Source of the DNA: Adineta vaga
Lineage: Eukaryota; Animalia; Rotifera
Length of the DNA: 64,000 nt
Assembly: GCA_021613535.1 (NCBI GenBank)
Contig: CP075493.1
Span: forward strand, 16,926,001-16,990,000
Direction: 5' to 3'
In this document: piece by piece, positions 13,487-26,402 of the stretch
How positions within the stretch are numbered: the first letter of the stretch is position 1
Layout of the letters: each line of letters opens with the position of its first letter
The notes under the pieces: generated by a model
What the model saw: the letters and a program-made list of their open reading frames with translations, nothing else
Database searches by the model: none
Told to the model about the DNA's origin: nothing
Translations under genes and position numbers: made by a program

Positions 13487-14383
13487 GATTAAAAGATAAT
13501 AAAAGCTTTAAATAGAGATATAGAAAATTGGTAACAAAACAATTTTTTCGTTGATGCAAGTAATTAACTCTTCGGAACTAACTTCTCGCTGCGTCCTACG
13601 GGACAAAAGGAGGGCACCCGCAGAGCCTAACGGGTAGTTCTTTAGTGCGCTCCAGGATGAATTTGTACGGCATCTTGAAAAAGAATCAAACGTAGTTGCT
13701 GACAGACTGATCTCGGTCAACTGTCTTAAAGAATCAGTCCGGAATGTCAATACACATGAACTTTTCATAACTTTGAGAAGAATAACATTGCGAAAATCGG
13801 AAACGCAGCATAATTATCTCGTTGGTGATCCTCATTTTCTAGTTCCAAATAAGTTCAACCAACTCTCAAAAGCATTGATACGAATTCATTGGAAAAAACT
13901 GATGGTATTAACTACACCAGCACTGGTGTCAATATCCGACCCCAGATTTCACCCCACCCTCAAGAATCTTTTGATTGATGAATTTTCCCAATAAGAAAAA
14001 TTTTCTGAAGACGTTTATAATCGAATAAAAAACTATTTGTCACAAATAAAGATTTATCAGAAGTTGACTGATCAGAATTTGCATCTTTATTCTCTTTATG
14101 AACAAAAGCAGGATCCCATCACATCGCGATGATACATGTATATTGAAAGATCTATATGAACATTTCTATACAGTTGTTATAGAATCTCAATTTTGAGATA
14201 ACTTTTACTTGACGAAATCTAACCGTCCAGTTCAACATACTCAATTCATCAGACTCGATTGTAATGACACATATGTCAGCACTATTACAAAAACTCATAG
14301 AACAGATTTTTTTCTTTTTGAAACAATTTTTTAAAGAAGTCGAAGATATAAAAATATAAGGTGTAAAATGTCTCAGTCTTTTT

Positions 14384-15138
14384 TTAGGCATCGATGAGAA
14401 CAACAGCCAAATTTAGTCCATTTCCATTGTTCTGTAACCAAAAACTCACATCGTACGTTCGCCCACCAACAATGGGAAATGATTGAATTAAATAAGTCAG
14501 TCCACTTTGTGTTCCATCCGTATAATAACAATTACCCAAATGAGGAAAATCCCAACCGATTTGTGACAAAAATGGATAATTATTTTTATCCGTTGTTAGA
14601 CGACATTGTGAATAAGACATAGTTAGATTATTTGATTCAAAACTGCCATCTAAAATTGTTGAATCACTTGTTTTTGTATATGTATCAAAAGCAACAATGT
14701 CATCTAAACCCCAGAAATCGGATTGATGTTGAAAACCAAAAGCAAGTGTCAATTTTGTTGAAATCACACTAGAAATTATGGAATAACTGAATTGTCGATA
14801 GTCAAACATATCTTCATTTGTTAAAGTTAATAATAAAGTTGGATTTTGCATATTTGTTGTACATTGATTATAAATATACGCTAAAATATTCCGAGAGAAA
14901 TTAAAAGAACAAATTGGATTTCTATACCTGTTGAATCATTTGATGATAAAGCAGCTTGTGCTTGAAAAAAAATAGATAAAACTCTCTTAATGAAAATGAG
15001 AAACATACCTTGACGTTGTAAAACAGTATAAACGGCTGATATGATAATAACTACGATAATAACTATGATCATTGCCGCTCCAAGCACAATCTTTTCCGAA
15101 CGTTCCATCACTGAAGCAAATCTCTTCATAACTAACAT
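14384..15138 (-). CDS. Type II membrane protein with extracellular beta-sandwich, CBM/lectin-like domain (3 exons)
   Basis: Exons 15138-15009, 14960-14928, 14880-14384 with GT-AG introns in frame. N-terminal TM segment. Motifs DGSFE and YLIQSFPIVGGRTYDVSFWLQN. The lectin function is inferred. Confidence 0.7.
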
Positions 15139-15836
15139 GACTGTTACAAATCTTAACGAAAATGAAGAGTGATGTCATAATACCATTACACGGGATATTC
15201 CTTTTAAAACAGACGCATGCTTCCTCAGAAAGTTGAGAAATTTGAGTGAACTTGGTCTTTGCCCAATCAGTGCTGAGAAATTACCTCAAAGGTGTGGTTA
15301 ACTGAATGAATATGGTGAAGATATTATGAACAGAAAATCATGCTGTCTTTATGAGAGATGTCGAGTCTGAACGTGATAATATCCTATTCGTTACACCACT
15401 ACATAGCCTCGAAAGCACCTTCACTTTGACATGGTTTGGTTAACGAGATCATTCGACCAAATTTACTCAAATTTCTCAGGTTCTGAAGGACATGGTTTGG
15501 TTATCGGACAACGAGATTGTTTATCAATATAGTAATCGGCTCGTAAGGTAATAAAATTGATTTGGTTACCCCAGCGGATAATGAGATGTTTAACTTTGGA
15601 TGCCCACTGTAATAACATTATGACAGTTATGAAAATGAAAAGGCAAATGATGAAAAAAAACAACGTTTTTCGATAAATAATGTCAGCGAACATATTATTT
15701 ATTTCATGTTTTTCTCCCCCTACTAGTCATCACACTTGCGTGCATATTTCTTTTTCATCACTTCATTGAATATACTTCGCCATTTCGTAAAGAGCAATTG
15801 TTAATAAAAAACACTTTATCCTTATAACGAACAACT

Positions 15837-17043
15837 ATGGCCGATACAACAGAACCAGCGTATGTATTTCAAATTTCACTCAAACCTTCTAATCTCTATT
15901 GATTCTTTCATAGAGTAAAACGTCGATTTGTTTTAACATGGTCTGTTTTGCTTTCTTGGGGATGTGCTTTCTTGATCGCACTTGTCTCAGTCATTGTTAT
16001 CCCGATTTTGTATACAAATAAAAAATCCAATCAAGCTACAGACGGAGAAATTGTTCTTCGTTGGAATACGAAAGGTAGAATTGTTGCTGGTACTTTAAAT
16101 GAAGAAGGCTCGAGTGCTCGTCAACTTTTTCATCCGATTGGTTTAGCATTTGACTCATCCAACACACTTTATGTTGCTGATTATGAAAATAATCGAGTTC
16201 AAAAATGGTCAATTAATGCAACAAATGGTGGCACAACAGTTGCCGGACAAGCAAATGGAGCTATCGGGATCAATTCAACTATGTTTCATTATCCAGCTGA
16301 TGTACTTCTTCATCCAAATGGCGATCTGTACGTATCAGATCGTTATAATAATCGAGTTCAATTATGGGCAAATGGCGCAGTGGAAGGAACGACCATCGCG
16401 GGCACAGGTGAATAGAAAAAACTAAAACTAAATAATATTTATTGAAATATTTTTAGGCCGGGCAGGGACTGAAAATTATGAATTAAATAATCCATGGGGT
16501 CTTGCTTATAATTATGATACAAAAACACTGTTTATATCTGATTGTTACAATAATCGTGTAGTTGCATATAAAACAGGTTCTTCCAATGGTACAGTTGTAG
16601 CTGGTGGAAATAATCAAGGAAAAACATCGACACAATTATTTTTTCCTACTGGAATCTATTTTGATTCATTAACAAATAGTCTTATCATTGCTAATTGGGG
16701 TGGAAATAATATCGTTCGATGGGTATTAGGCGCAAGTAATTGGACTTTAATTGTTGGAAGTGCTATTGGAGAATCTGGCAGTTCATCATCTTTTCTCAAT
16801 GGGCCTTATGATGTTACACTTGATCCTTATCGTAATATTTATGTTGTTGATAATGCAAATTATCGCATACAAATGTTTAAAAGTAATGAAATTAATGGTA
16901 CAACTATTGCGGGTTCAACTGGAAGAACTGGAAATAGTTACGGATTATTAAATAATCCGTATGCATTACAATTTGATAGTCAACTTAATTTATATGTTGC
17001 GGACACTTTTAACAGCAGAGTTCTACGTTTTACACGATATTAA
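15837..17043 (+). CDS. Membrane-anchored NHL-repeat beta-propeller protein (3 exons)
   Basis: Exons 15837-15859, 15914-16407, 16457-17043. TM helix followed by repeats such as LFHPIGLAFDSSNTLYVADYENNRVQKW and LNNPWGLAY. Confidence 0.9.
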
Positions 17044-17111
17044 TTTTTTATTAATAAATTAATAAAGACAAAAAAAAATCTTAGTTCAGATATAGTTCAG
17101 ATATTTATGAG

Positions 17112-19238
17112 TTAATTTAAAGCTTTTGCACAACTATCGACAGTGCCATCTGCACTATTTCCCCACCAATGAGGAAAACCAGTTTTCTGATTGTTCAAAC
17201 CAATATTGATAATAATCAATGCAAGATTAACACCTAAATCCAATGCACCAGAAGTTAAATAAATATGTCGTTGACTCCACGTATATTTTCCATAAGTAAA
17301 ATAAACTGCAAAAGCAATAGCAAGCCACGTGAAAAGTGCTCCAGCTGATACAATGGCAGGCATCCAACCTATAGTAATTAAAATCAGCGGCCAATGCAAA
17401 TTTTTCATCCAAGATAATTTTGGCCAACGTGATAAATACCAACCCGGAATTGGTAAAATGGCTCCAGCAACAAAAGCCCAAAGTAAACCTTGATTTGCGG
17501 AATTTTTTCCACTAAAAAAACCGACATAATCATTTAATAAATTCCATCCAAGTTGTGTATTATTAAATAGTGACCAGTTTGTTCCCACTTTGCCTTTTTG
17601 AACATACATGTATCGTATACCAATACTAAATGTTGAACAAACAAAACCACCAAGACATTGAGCAGCAAAAAGTGGGCGCGGACCGATTTTAAGATAATGA
17701 GCTAATTTCATATCTTGAACCAAAGCAAGTGTTTGGACAAAAACAACATAACTCAGTGCTATGAATGTATAAATCTTTCTTGCCGATGTTCCGAAAGGTA
17801 ATGATTGAATTGTAAGAATACAAATATAATAAACTGATAAATTATGAAGAAGTTGTCCTGTTATTGATGAAACTAATCCAAATGGAAGAACAAAAACTGC
17901 GCCAATAAAAATTGAAAGTAATACCCAATACCAATTTAACCAACCAGCATGATCACAAGTGACACAAGCGACAATTAAAGCTGCGGCACATAATTCCAAA
18001 TAACACCAATCAGGTACAGGTGGATAAAGAGACATTAATCGAGCATGCATATCGTTACCCATATTTCCCAATTTTTTCGTTCGAAATTGATTCCAAATAT
18101 CAATCCCATGAAATAGAATCGCATGCATAAAAACAGCCGATACACAAGCAAACGAAGTAAATGCTGTTACAAGACTAACCGCTGTAAAATTTCGAGAAAC
18201 AACACCACCAATTGGTTTACTTCTTACATCACGAACATTTGCTCCATAAACAATTGGAATTATGATCCAAACAATTAAGATAAACCCAAATGCAATATTA
18301 AATATAGCCCAACTTGGTAAAATCAAAGGTGAACCAAGATATTGTGTTACTTCATACCAATCGAGTGTGAGACCACCACCAACTACAGCAAGACCACGAA
18401 CTGCTGTTAATTGAGCAAGAGCATTGTTTCCTGGACTAATCATACACATCCAGGAGAAATGACGTAAGATAGGCATTATGTATAATGGAAACCATTCGTA
18501 AATAAATACAACACCGACAATAACGAAGAAATAAAGTAATCGATTGTGACTGAAACGACTTCGCCAACTGCGAGTTTGAGAACTATTTTGAATTTTTTCC
18601 GATGCATTGATCTTGCGATCGTGTAAGGATCGTAAAAGAGCAATTAATGGAAAATTTTGTGGCCAAATGACATCTGCTGGCCAAACCAAAAATCGTCGAA
18701 GAACGCCTTTGAAGAAAACGAAATCCAAAGAATAAAAACTAATTTCTTATTTACCTGCAAGTCCAAAACCGAGAAATTGAAGTGCAAGTACAAAAAAGAA
18801 ATAATAAGGAAAGCTAAGATTATCTCTTTCCAATACTTTCAACGTCGTTAAAGTAGCATAAGTAAATACAGAATAATACATCCATGCTGTATTTGCCATA
18901 ACAAGAACAAATCCATGTTCTTTTACAGTAAATGGTTGAGATTTCGGTACAATTAATGTCCAAAGATGACCCAATGGAAAAACTAATACAATAACAAGTA
19001 TTGATGAAATATAAGATCCAGCAATTTGAACAGCTCCCCATTGATGAAAAAAAGACATACCAACAACAAATATTAAACCTAATACAACACTACGAACTGT
19101 ACAACATGCTTCATTAACATCATCTTTATTGGAACAGATTCCTCCAACTTCTTCAAATTGAGCCATTTCTGCTTCAATATAATCGTAAGATGTTGGAGGC
19201 TTATAATTAACATCTTTTTCAAAATTTGTGTTCACCAT
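17112..19238 (-). CDS. OPT-family oligopeptide transporter (2 exons)
   Basis: Intron 18754-18707 joins LQFLGFGLAG to VLRRFLVWPADVIWP. Motifs PFTVKEH, YLGSPLILP and DMKLAHYLKIGPR (the KLGHYMKIPPR signature). Many TM helices. Confidence 0.92.
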
Positions 19239-19458
19239 ATTTTCTAAATAAGATAAAAAGAAAAATAAAGCATATTTCTATCACTTGTTCGTATTTAATG
19301 ACATTTTTGTTTTTCTCTTTTCGAACTAGTAATCACTGTTTACGAAATGGCGAAGTATAGGTAAACGAAATGACGAGAAATACATAAAAAAATCACTCGT
19401 GCATTTTTTTTTGTCATTATTTATCAGTTATCATTTTGTGTCATTTGTCATTTAGAAA
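19239..19458. promoter_or_regulatory. Putative bidirectional promoter
   Basis: Only 220 bp separates the divergent ATGs of the OPT and ART-TPR genes. Confidence 0.4.
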
Positions 19459-21638
19459 ATGCTCGGTAATATTCGAACAGCATTCAAAGGAAGAATCGAA
19501 CTTAATACTCGAAAGACCACAAGAAATACACGGAATAGAACTGTACGTACTGCAGATCGTACGATACGTCAAGGTCGATCAACAGCAGATACTAGTCAAG
19601 AAGATGTTACAGTTATCTGGTTAACAAATGAAGTAGAAAATGAAGAAGTACATCCATTCGTTCAATCTCTTCGTGTTGTCAGTACAGTTGTTAAGGTAGA
19701 ATTAACAATTATTTGAGACCTATAATCATTTATTTTATGTCTTAGATTTATAAAACTATAGAAGAAGTTGTGTCATTTCTTCAATCAGCAAATGATGAAA
19801 AATTTTTTCTTATAATTCAAAGTGATGTTGATCATGTTCTCACTATTGTCGAACCATTTAAACAAATAGATTCGATATTTCTTTATACATCTGAAATACC
19901 TGATCGAATAGCAACACGTATCAAAGCACATTGTACAACTGAAACTGAATTGATAAATAATATAAAACAAGCACGTTTTGAACTTGGTAAACAAGCAGCT
20001 GCTTTTTCTGTTTATAATCAAGCAGAAAAGGCCACTCGTGATCTTACTCGTGAAACGGGTTCGTTTCTGTTTTTTCAATTATTCAAAACTGCTCTTTTAA
20101 GTATGATAAAAACTGAACAAGCAAAAACAACGATGATCTCGAAATGTCGTGATTATTATCGAGGAAATGAAGCTGAATTGGCGACAATTGCTGAATTTGA
20201 AGAAACATATGTATCAAGTGAAGCTATTCCATGGTATACAAGAGAGTCTTTTGTGTACAAACTGATCAACAAAGCACTACGAACAGAAGATGTCGATGCT
20301 CTTTATCATTTTCGGTATTATATTGTCGATTTATGTGTGGAATTAGATAAAAATTTTCAAGAACTTAAAGCTACACGAACAGATCCGATTTTACGTCTTT
20401 ATCGTGGTTTTAAAGCTTCACGACAAGAAATAACCAATTTTGAAAACAATATTGGAAATTTAATTTCAACAAATGGATTTTTATCAACAAGTAATGATCG
20501 AGAAGTTGCGTATGGATTTGCGACAAAACCAGTCAATCGACCAAATCTTCAAAGAGTTTTATTCGAATATAAAGTTGATTTAACCGTTGTCAAGAAAATC
20601 ATTGTTGCAGATATTAGAAAATACAGTGACTTTCCAGAAGAAGCGGAAATGCTTGTTGATTTAGGAGCGTCATTTCAAATTGATTCATGTACGTATAGTC
20701 CGGAAGAAGATTTATGGTTTGTCAATGCAAGTGCAACCGATAAAGGCGCGGCGGCTGCTCAAGAATACATCGAATATCAAAAGGCAAAAATGGCTGAATC
20801 AAATATGGTTCTTATGTTCGGTCATTTACTTGTCGAAATGGGTGAATATATTAAAGCAGAAAAATATTTCTATGCAATTTTATATTCATCAAATCCAAAT
20901 GATGAAGAAATTGCTTGTATTTATCATAACATTGGCCGAGCTCATCGTCGAAAAGGTGAATTTGATCGAGCACTTCAATGTTTTAATCGTGCTTATCAAA
21001 CACATTTAACAGCTCGACCACCTCGATTAATGAGTGCAGCAAAAACAATCAATGCTATTGGAATTCTTTATATCGAACAAGGTGATATTGATAAAGCAAA
21101 AGAATCATTTGAACGTGCATTGAAATTATATACAAGAACGGTTAATCGACATCATCCAGATATTGGTGGAACACTTATTAATTTAGGGAATATTTATTGT
21201 CAACAAAGTGATTATGATCAAGCATCAATTTATTTTAAAAAAGCGGATAAAATCTTTCAACGACGTTTACCACCTAATCATCCAAATCTTGCACTTAGTT
21301 TGAACAATTTTGGTAATTTACATTATCAAAAAAATGAGTATGAAGAAGCAATGAATGCTTTTAAAACAGCTCATGAATTGAAAGAAAAAATTTTACCACC
21401 AGATCATCCAGATTTAGCTGGAGGTGCTTATAATCTTGCTGTTCTTCATACAATCAATAGTGAACATGATCTTGCTGATCAATATTTCGAAAAATCAAAT
21501 AATTGTGCTTTACCTGAATCACATCCATTTAAACAAATGCTTAAAAATACAACAATTATACAAAAACCAACAATAGACAGTCAAATCGAAGACATTGAAG
21601 GCGAAGAACCTTCTGAATATCCAGTTATAAGATTGTAA
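19459..21638 (+). CDS. ADP-ribosyltransferase (R-S-E clade) with C-terminal TPR repeats (2 exons, ~700 aa)
   Basis: Intron 19696-19745 joins the 85-aa and 622-aa ORFs in frame. Motifs LYRG, FLSTS and EEAEML, followed by 42-aa TPR_12-type repeats (HPDIGGTLINLGNIY, HPNLALSLNNFGNLH). Confidence 0.92.
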
Positions 21639-21736
21639 ACAATTTTTTGTATAATAAGAATTTTTCAAATTCAATAAAATGTAAAACATGAAAACTATAA
21701 TACATTGAAATGGGCAAACAGATCCTGTTTGCCCAT

Positions 21737-22230
21737 TAAAGTCCGGCGGGACTGTTCCGATCCCTATTTTTCTTGAACCCCCCGGGATCAGGGTCGAGAC
21801 CGGGATGAACATTTTCGGGACCTACTTGATATTTCATATCGAAATATAACATTTTTTTTAATCTTTTTTATAATCTTCAGTAAAAAATAATATTAGAGAG
21901 AAAAAAACTTCTATCTGGATGATATGGACGTGAATAGTAATATGATTTCATCGTTAGGTATGTTGTTTTCAGTCATATGATCTCTTTCTTTCTTCACCAT
22001 ATTTATTCGTTCTTATTGACCTTGTCTTGTGCCTTTACTCTTGTTTCATTTGCGATATGTTACATACTAGAATGTATACATAAACGTCACATTTCCGTCA
22101 AAAAGTCATAGTAGCATGCAATGCTGTCGTATGATATCTCACTTGAAATGAGTTTAAAAAGTATGTATGATAGATTCGCAAAAACGGATTTAAACGGGAC
22201 CGGGATGGGAATCGTCCCGCCCGGACTCTA
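21737..22230. mobile_element. hAT-like MITE
   Basis: Termini taaagtccggcgggac and gtcccgcccggactcta, with GC-rich subterminal cgggat/cgggac repeats. No clear 8-bp TSD. Confidence 0.6.
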
Positions 22231-22528
22231 AAACAGAGACAGGCGCTGCTTAACCTTAAGGCATATAAAAATGTAATAAATACTGTTAACCTGAGAATAT
22301 TCAGATTGATAGAGAAGCCCCGCCAGACCCTAGTTTTTATTGAATTTTGGGATATGCAAAGTGAATTAACGTTACTCTGTCATTTATTAGCCTTTCAAAT
22401 TTGTGAAAATTTGCAAAAACAAAAGATTGAAATATTAGATTGACTGGAAATGCGACGTAAAGGTTCAAAAAATATATAGATATTGTATTTTTTTGATTTT
22501 TGAAAAGAAATACAGAAAATAGAAAAGT

Positions 22529-23080
22529 TTATGAATGTGTATTATTTGTTGATTTTGTATAATGTTTACGTGGTAATAAAACACATGATATATTTCCAGA
22601 TGAAAACGTAAATATTGGTTTATTCGAACTAATATAAGGATTTGATCCCGTTTGAAAATAAGTATATGTTACTTGTCCCGTACAAGTTGTTGAATTATTA
22701 TCATTAAAATCTAAATAATAATCATGACGAGATATACGATCCGTTGTTGGAAGAATTGCTGTTTCATCACTTTTAAAAAGATAGCCAACACTTCTCAAAT
22801 AAACTGAACTTTTATTTGCACATTGATATTGTCCTATATGTGTACTAACTTGTAAATCTAAACCAAGTTCAGCTTCATTCATTCCCATAGCAATATTTAA
22901 TACTTCATAAGATAAACCTTTTGGTAATAATGTTATCATACTATAAAATGATTTATAATTTGGAAATGTTGTTGTTACTTGATAAATATTATTTTCATAA
23001 GATATACAATTATTTACTTGACCATCAATAACAAATATAATGATGAACGTCATCAGAATAATTATGAAATAATTTATCAT
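22529..23080 (-). CDS. Secreted beta-rich protein of unknown family, paralog 1 (intronless)
   Basis: ATG at 23080, signal peptide, 4 Cys. Shares NxIYQV, GxYxC, GY(I/L)F(K/R) and TGxxP(F/Y) with its two neighbours. Confidence 0.85.
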   Translation of the reverse strand: MINYFIIILMTFIIIFVIDGQVNNCISYENNIYQVTTTFPNYKSFYSMITLLPKGLSYEVLNIAMGMNEAELGLDLQVSTHIGQYQCANKSSVYLRSVGYLFKSDETAILPTTDRISRHDYYLDFNDNNSTTCTGQVTYTYFQTGSNPYISSNKPIFTFSSGNISCVLLPRKHYTKSTNNTHS

Positions 23081-23439
23081 TTTGTTCTTCACGAATCCTT
23101 CAAATCTAAAATATATATTGATACTACTAAGTTTAACTTATAAAATTCAAAAGGGCTCGCATTCTTTCTGTTTTTTTTCTGCAATTATTTTTGACTTGCT
23201 AAAACGCATTATCTCAGTACTATTAAATAATATATTTACGAACTGAAAAAAAATGTAAAATGTCAATTAATAAAAATCAAGAATATATTGTCTGATTCGG
23301 AAGGGTAACGATAGTCGATAGAATATGATCATAGAAAAAAAAAACTACGAAAGAGAAAAACAAACGAACTAATAATGAAAAGACACTTTTGCGTTTGTAT
23401 TTACCTTTTTTTCTCCAAATATCATATCATTTATTTGTG

Positions 23440-23979
23440 ATGCGCATGCAACTGATAGTTTCGTTGCTTTTATCGTTTACAGTAACGATCGATGGAGGGA
23501 TTGTTAATTGTTCAGCATTTGAAAATATTATCTATCAAGTAACAACAGCTTTTCCTGATTTTAAACCATATTTTATGCTTTTAACTTTATTATCTGGTGG
23601 AGTTTTCTGTGAAGAAACAAATATACAAAATGGTCAAAGTTCAGCTGAGCTTGGTGTTCGTCTTGAATCTGGTACTCGTACTGGATATTATGAATGTATA
23701 GATGAAAATACTGTTGAATTAACTGACTTTGGTTACATATTTCGAAATAGTAAACTTCCAGCATTAGGAGGTAATGATGCTTTTATTATTCAAACATATC
23801 ATTTTTATTTTCAAAATGCTTCTTATGATAAATGTACGGGTTATATTCAATCAGCATATTTTACAACTGGTCAAGATCCATTTGACACTCGAAATGTGCC
23901 AATATATACAGAGGCTGATCGAAATTTAACATGTGAACTTTTAAGTGGAAGGCATTATCGTTGGCCACCCTCAAGTTAA
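23440..23979 (+). CDS. Secreted beta-rich protein of unknown family, paralog 2 (intronless)
   Basis: First ATG at 23440, signal peptide, same motifs as paralog 1. Confidence 0.85.
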   Translation: MRMQLIVSLLLSFTVTIDGGIVNCSAFENIIYQVTTAFPDFKPYFMLLTLLSGGVFCEETNIQNGQSSAELGVRLESGTRTGYYECIDENTVELTDFGYIFRNSKLPALGGNDAFIIQTYHFYFQNASYDKCTGYIQSAYFTTGQDPFDTRNVPIYTEADRNLTCELLSGRHYRWPPSS

Positions 23980-24098
23980 ACTGTGATTTATTAATAAAAT
24001 TTTCCAAACATTAATTTTTTTTTCAAGAAAAATAAAAGCGAATTTTAATTTTTTTTTCCAATTATTTTTATAGATATATATAAAGCATTCTTCTCATC

Positions 24099-24617
24099 AT
24101 GCAGAAATTCACAATAGTTTTATTAATATTCTCATTATGTGGAATTATTTTTTGTGATGATAATGAATGTGCATTATTTACAAATAAAATTTATCAAGTT
24201 AGAACTCGATTTTATACATATGCACCATTTTATTTTCTAATGTTATTTTTACCTGATGGAATTGTATACGAAATCAGTAATATTGCCAATGGGCTAAATG
24301 CTGATACACTTGGTCAAAATTTACAATTTGCACCTCATGTTGGATTTTATGAATGTTTAAATTCGACAACTGTTCATTTAACGGATTTTGGTTATATTTT
24401 TAAAAGTAATGAAGTCGAAGTTTTAACCAGTAATGGTCATTTCGCATTTCATGATTATTTTTTCAATTTTGAAAGTGGTACAAATGCGAATTGTGTTGGT
24501 ACACTTCGTTATAAATTTTATGAAACGGGAAAAAATCCATTCGATATCGCAAATCTTCCTGTTTTTACCAGCGCTCCTGGCCAAGTAACATGCAGTTTAG
24601 TGAGCACTGATGGTTAA
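24099..24617 (+). CDS. Secreted beta-rich protein of unknown family, paralog 3 (intronless)
   Basis: 172-aa ORF, signal peptide, same motifs as paralog 1. Confidence 0.85.
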   Translation: MQKFTIVLLIFSLCGIIFCDDNECALFTNKIYQVRTRFYTYAPFYFLMLFLPDGIVYEISNIANGLNADTLGQNLQFAPHVGFYECLNSTTVHLTDFGYIFKSNEVEVLTSNGHFAFHDYFFNFESGTNANCVGTLRYKFYETGKNPFDIANLPVFTSAPGQVTCSLVSTDG

Positions 24618-24722
24618 ATAAATAATCACAATATTATAAACTTCATTTTTTTTATAAATACAGAATAATTGATGATTTATTTAAAAAAATAATAAAAAGA
24701 TAAAAAGTCATAAGACAAGTCT

Positions 24723-26402
24723 TCAATAACGTAAGAATTTTTGTATTCGATAATTGCCTGAATCAGCAACATAAAGATTATATTGTTTGTCAAATGCTAA
24801 TGAGTATGGATAACTAAGTGCTGTTGGACTTGAATCAGAAACTCCAGTTATACCAGCAACTGTAGTGGCGTTTTTCGAACCGGAAAGAAAAAATTGAATT
24901 CGATGATTATAAGTATCAGCTACATAAACATTTCCCGAAGCGTCAAGTATAACATCAGATGGATAACGAAGTAAAGTAGATGTACTACCTGATTCTGCAG
25001 TGAGACTTCCAGCTATAAGTGTCCAACTATGATCACCAATTACCCAACGAACAATATTATTCGTAGCAAAATTACTTATATAAAGACTTTTTGTTGATGA
25101 ATCAAAATAAATTCCTCGAGGACAAAATAATTGTGTTATATCTTTTCCCGCACCATTTCCACCAGCAACTATTGTTCCATTTAATGATCCAGGTTGATAT
25201 TGTACTATACGATTATTATATTGATCTGCAATAAAAAATTTATTTGAATTTCCATCTAATGCAATTCCCCATGGAGTATTTAATTCATTAATTTCCGAAC
25301 CAATTGAACCTATAAATTTATTTTATATAAAATCGATCAATTCAATCTTTCTTACCTGTACCAGCTACCATTGTTAATGATGAATTATTTGGAGTCCATA
25401 ATAATACTCGATGGTTTTCACTGTCAACTACAAACATATTCCCAGTTGAATCAACAGCAACATCAGTTGGTAAATTCAATGTTTTTGAAGTATTGGTTGA
25501 ATTTGTTTGTGTTTGACCAACAATTGTCGCTGAATTTGGTGCATTGGAAATCTTTTTCTGTATACGATTATTTTCATAATCGGCAATGTATAATGTACCT
25601 GATGAATCAAATGTTATACCAATACAGAAAGAAAGTGCTCGAGCATCAGAATCAGGTTGACTTGATACACCGGCGGTACTTGTAGCTTTTGCACTCCAAT
25701 GGAGTGAAGATAAATCAACTAAACGAAAATTATATTAGATTCCAGGGTCTTTCTTTTACAAGAAATATTTCGTATTGTATTGTGCATATACATTATTTTT
25801 CTGAAAACTATGAAACAAAAAGAAGATACTCACTGGTGTCTGTTGCTGAATCATTGGTTGCTGTTTTGTTCACATTTTCTAAACAAATTTATAATACAGA
25901 TTTTCGTTTTTATACAATGTCAAATTAAAAGAGGCACATGTTTATGAACTTCCAAAAATAATTTAGTCGGTGAAAAATCCATTACAAAGTTTTGTCATAT
26001 ACCATGATTAGAAAAAGCATGATATACATTATTTTGAATGAGATGATAATGAAATAAATCCTACTTGGTTCTGTTAGACAAACAGTTGGAACGGAGATTG
26101 TGATAGCTATACTGGCAAGTAAGATAAGTCCCGCTGTTGCCCTAATAGTTTTCGGCACCGCTGACAAAGAATATTTCCTGATGAAAATCAATATGAATTT
26201 TTAATAATTTGACAATAAAATAGTCTCACCACCACTTTGATTTTGTTTTGGGTATTTGATTTTTATCATAGGGAGGTATGAGTGGACCTACAGACATCGA
26301 TGCACACAGAGTCGATATTGGATCTTGATGTCCTTCTCTGAATATTGACGCATCACTGTCGATATTTTCGACCGGCTTTTGATCAATATCTAAATTTGCC
26401 AT
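24723..26402 (-). CDS. Second membrane-anchored NHL-repeat protein (multi-exon; largely missed by the ORF track)
   Basis: Manual translation: ATG 26402, TM exon ~26177-26064, NHL exons 25718-25356 (GTLYIADYENNRIQK, LNLPTDVAVDSTGNMFVVD) and 25309-24723 ending NLYVADSGNYRIQKFLRY*. Confidence 0.85.

Noticed and set aside
15837-26402. The two NHL genes as mirror copies of the palindrome
   Set aside because: They are convergent but strongly diverged, have different exon structures and are not equidistant from the axis. They are ordinary paralogs.
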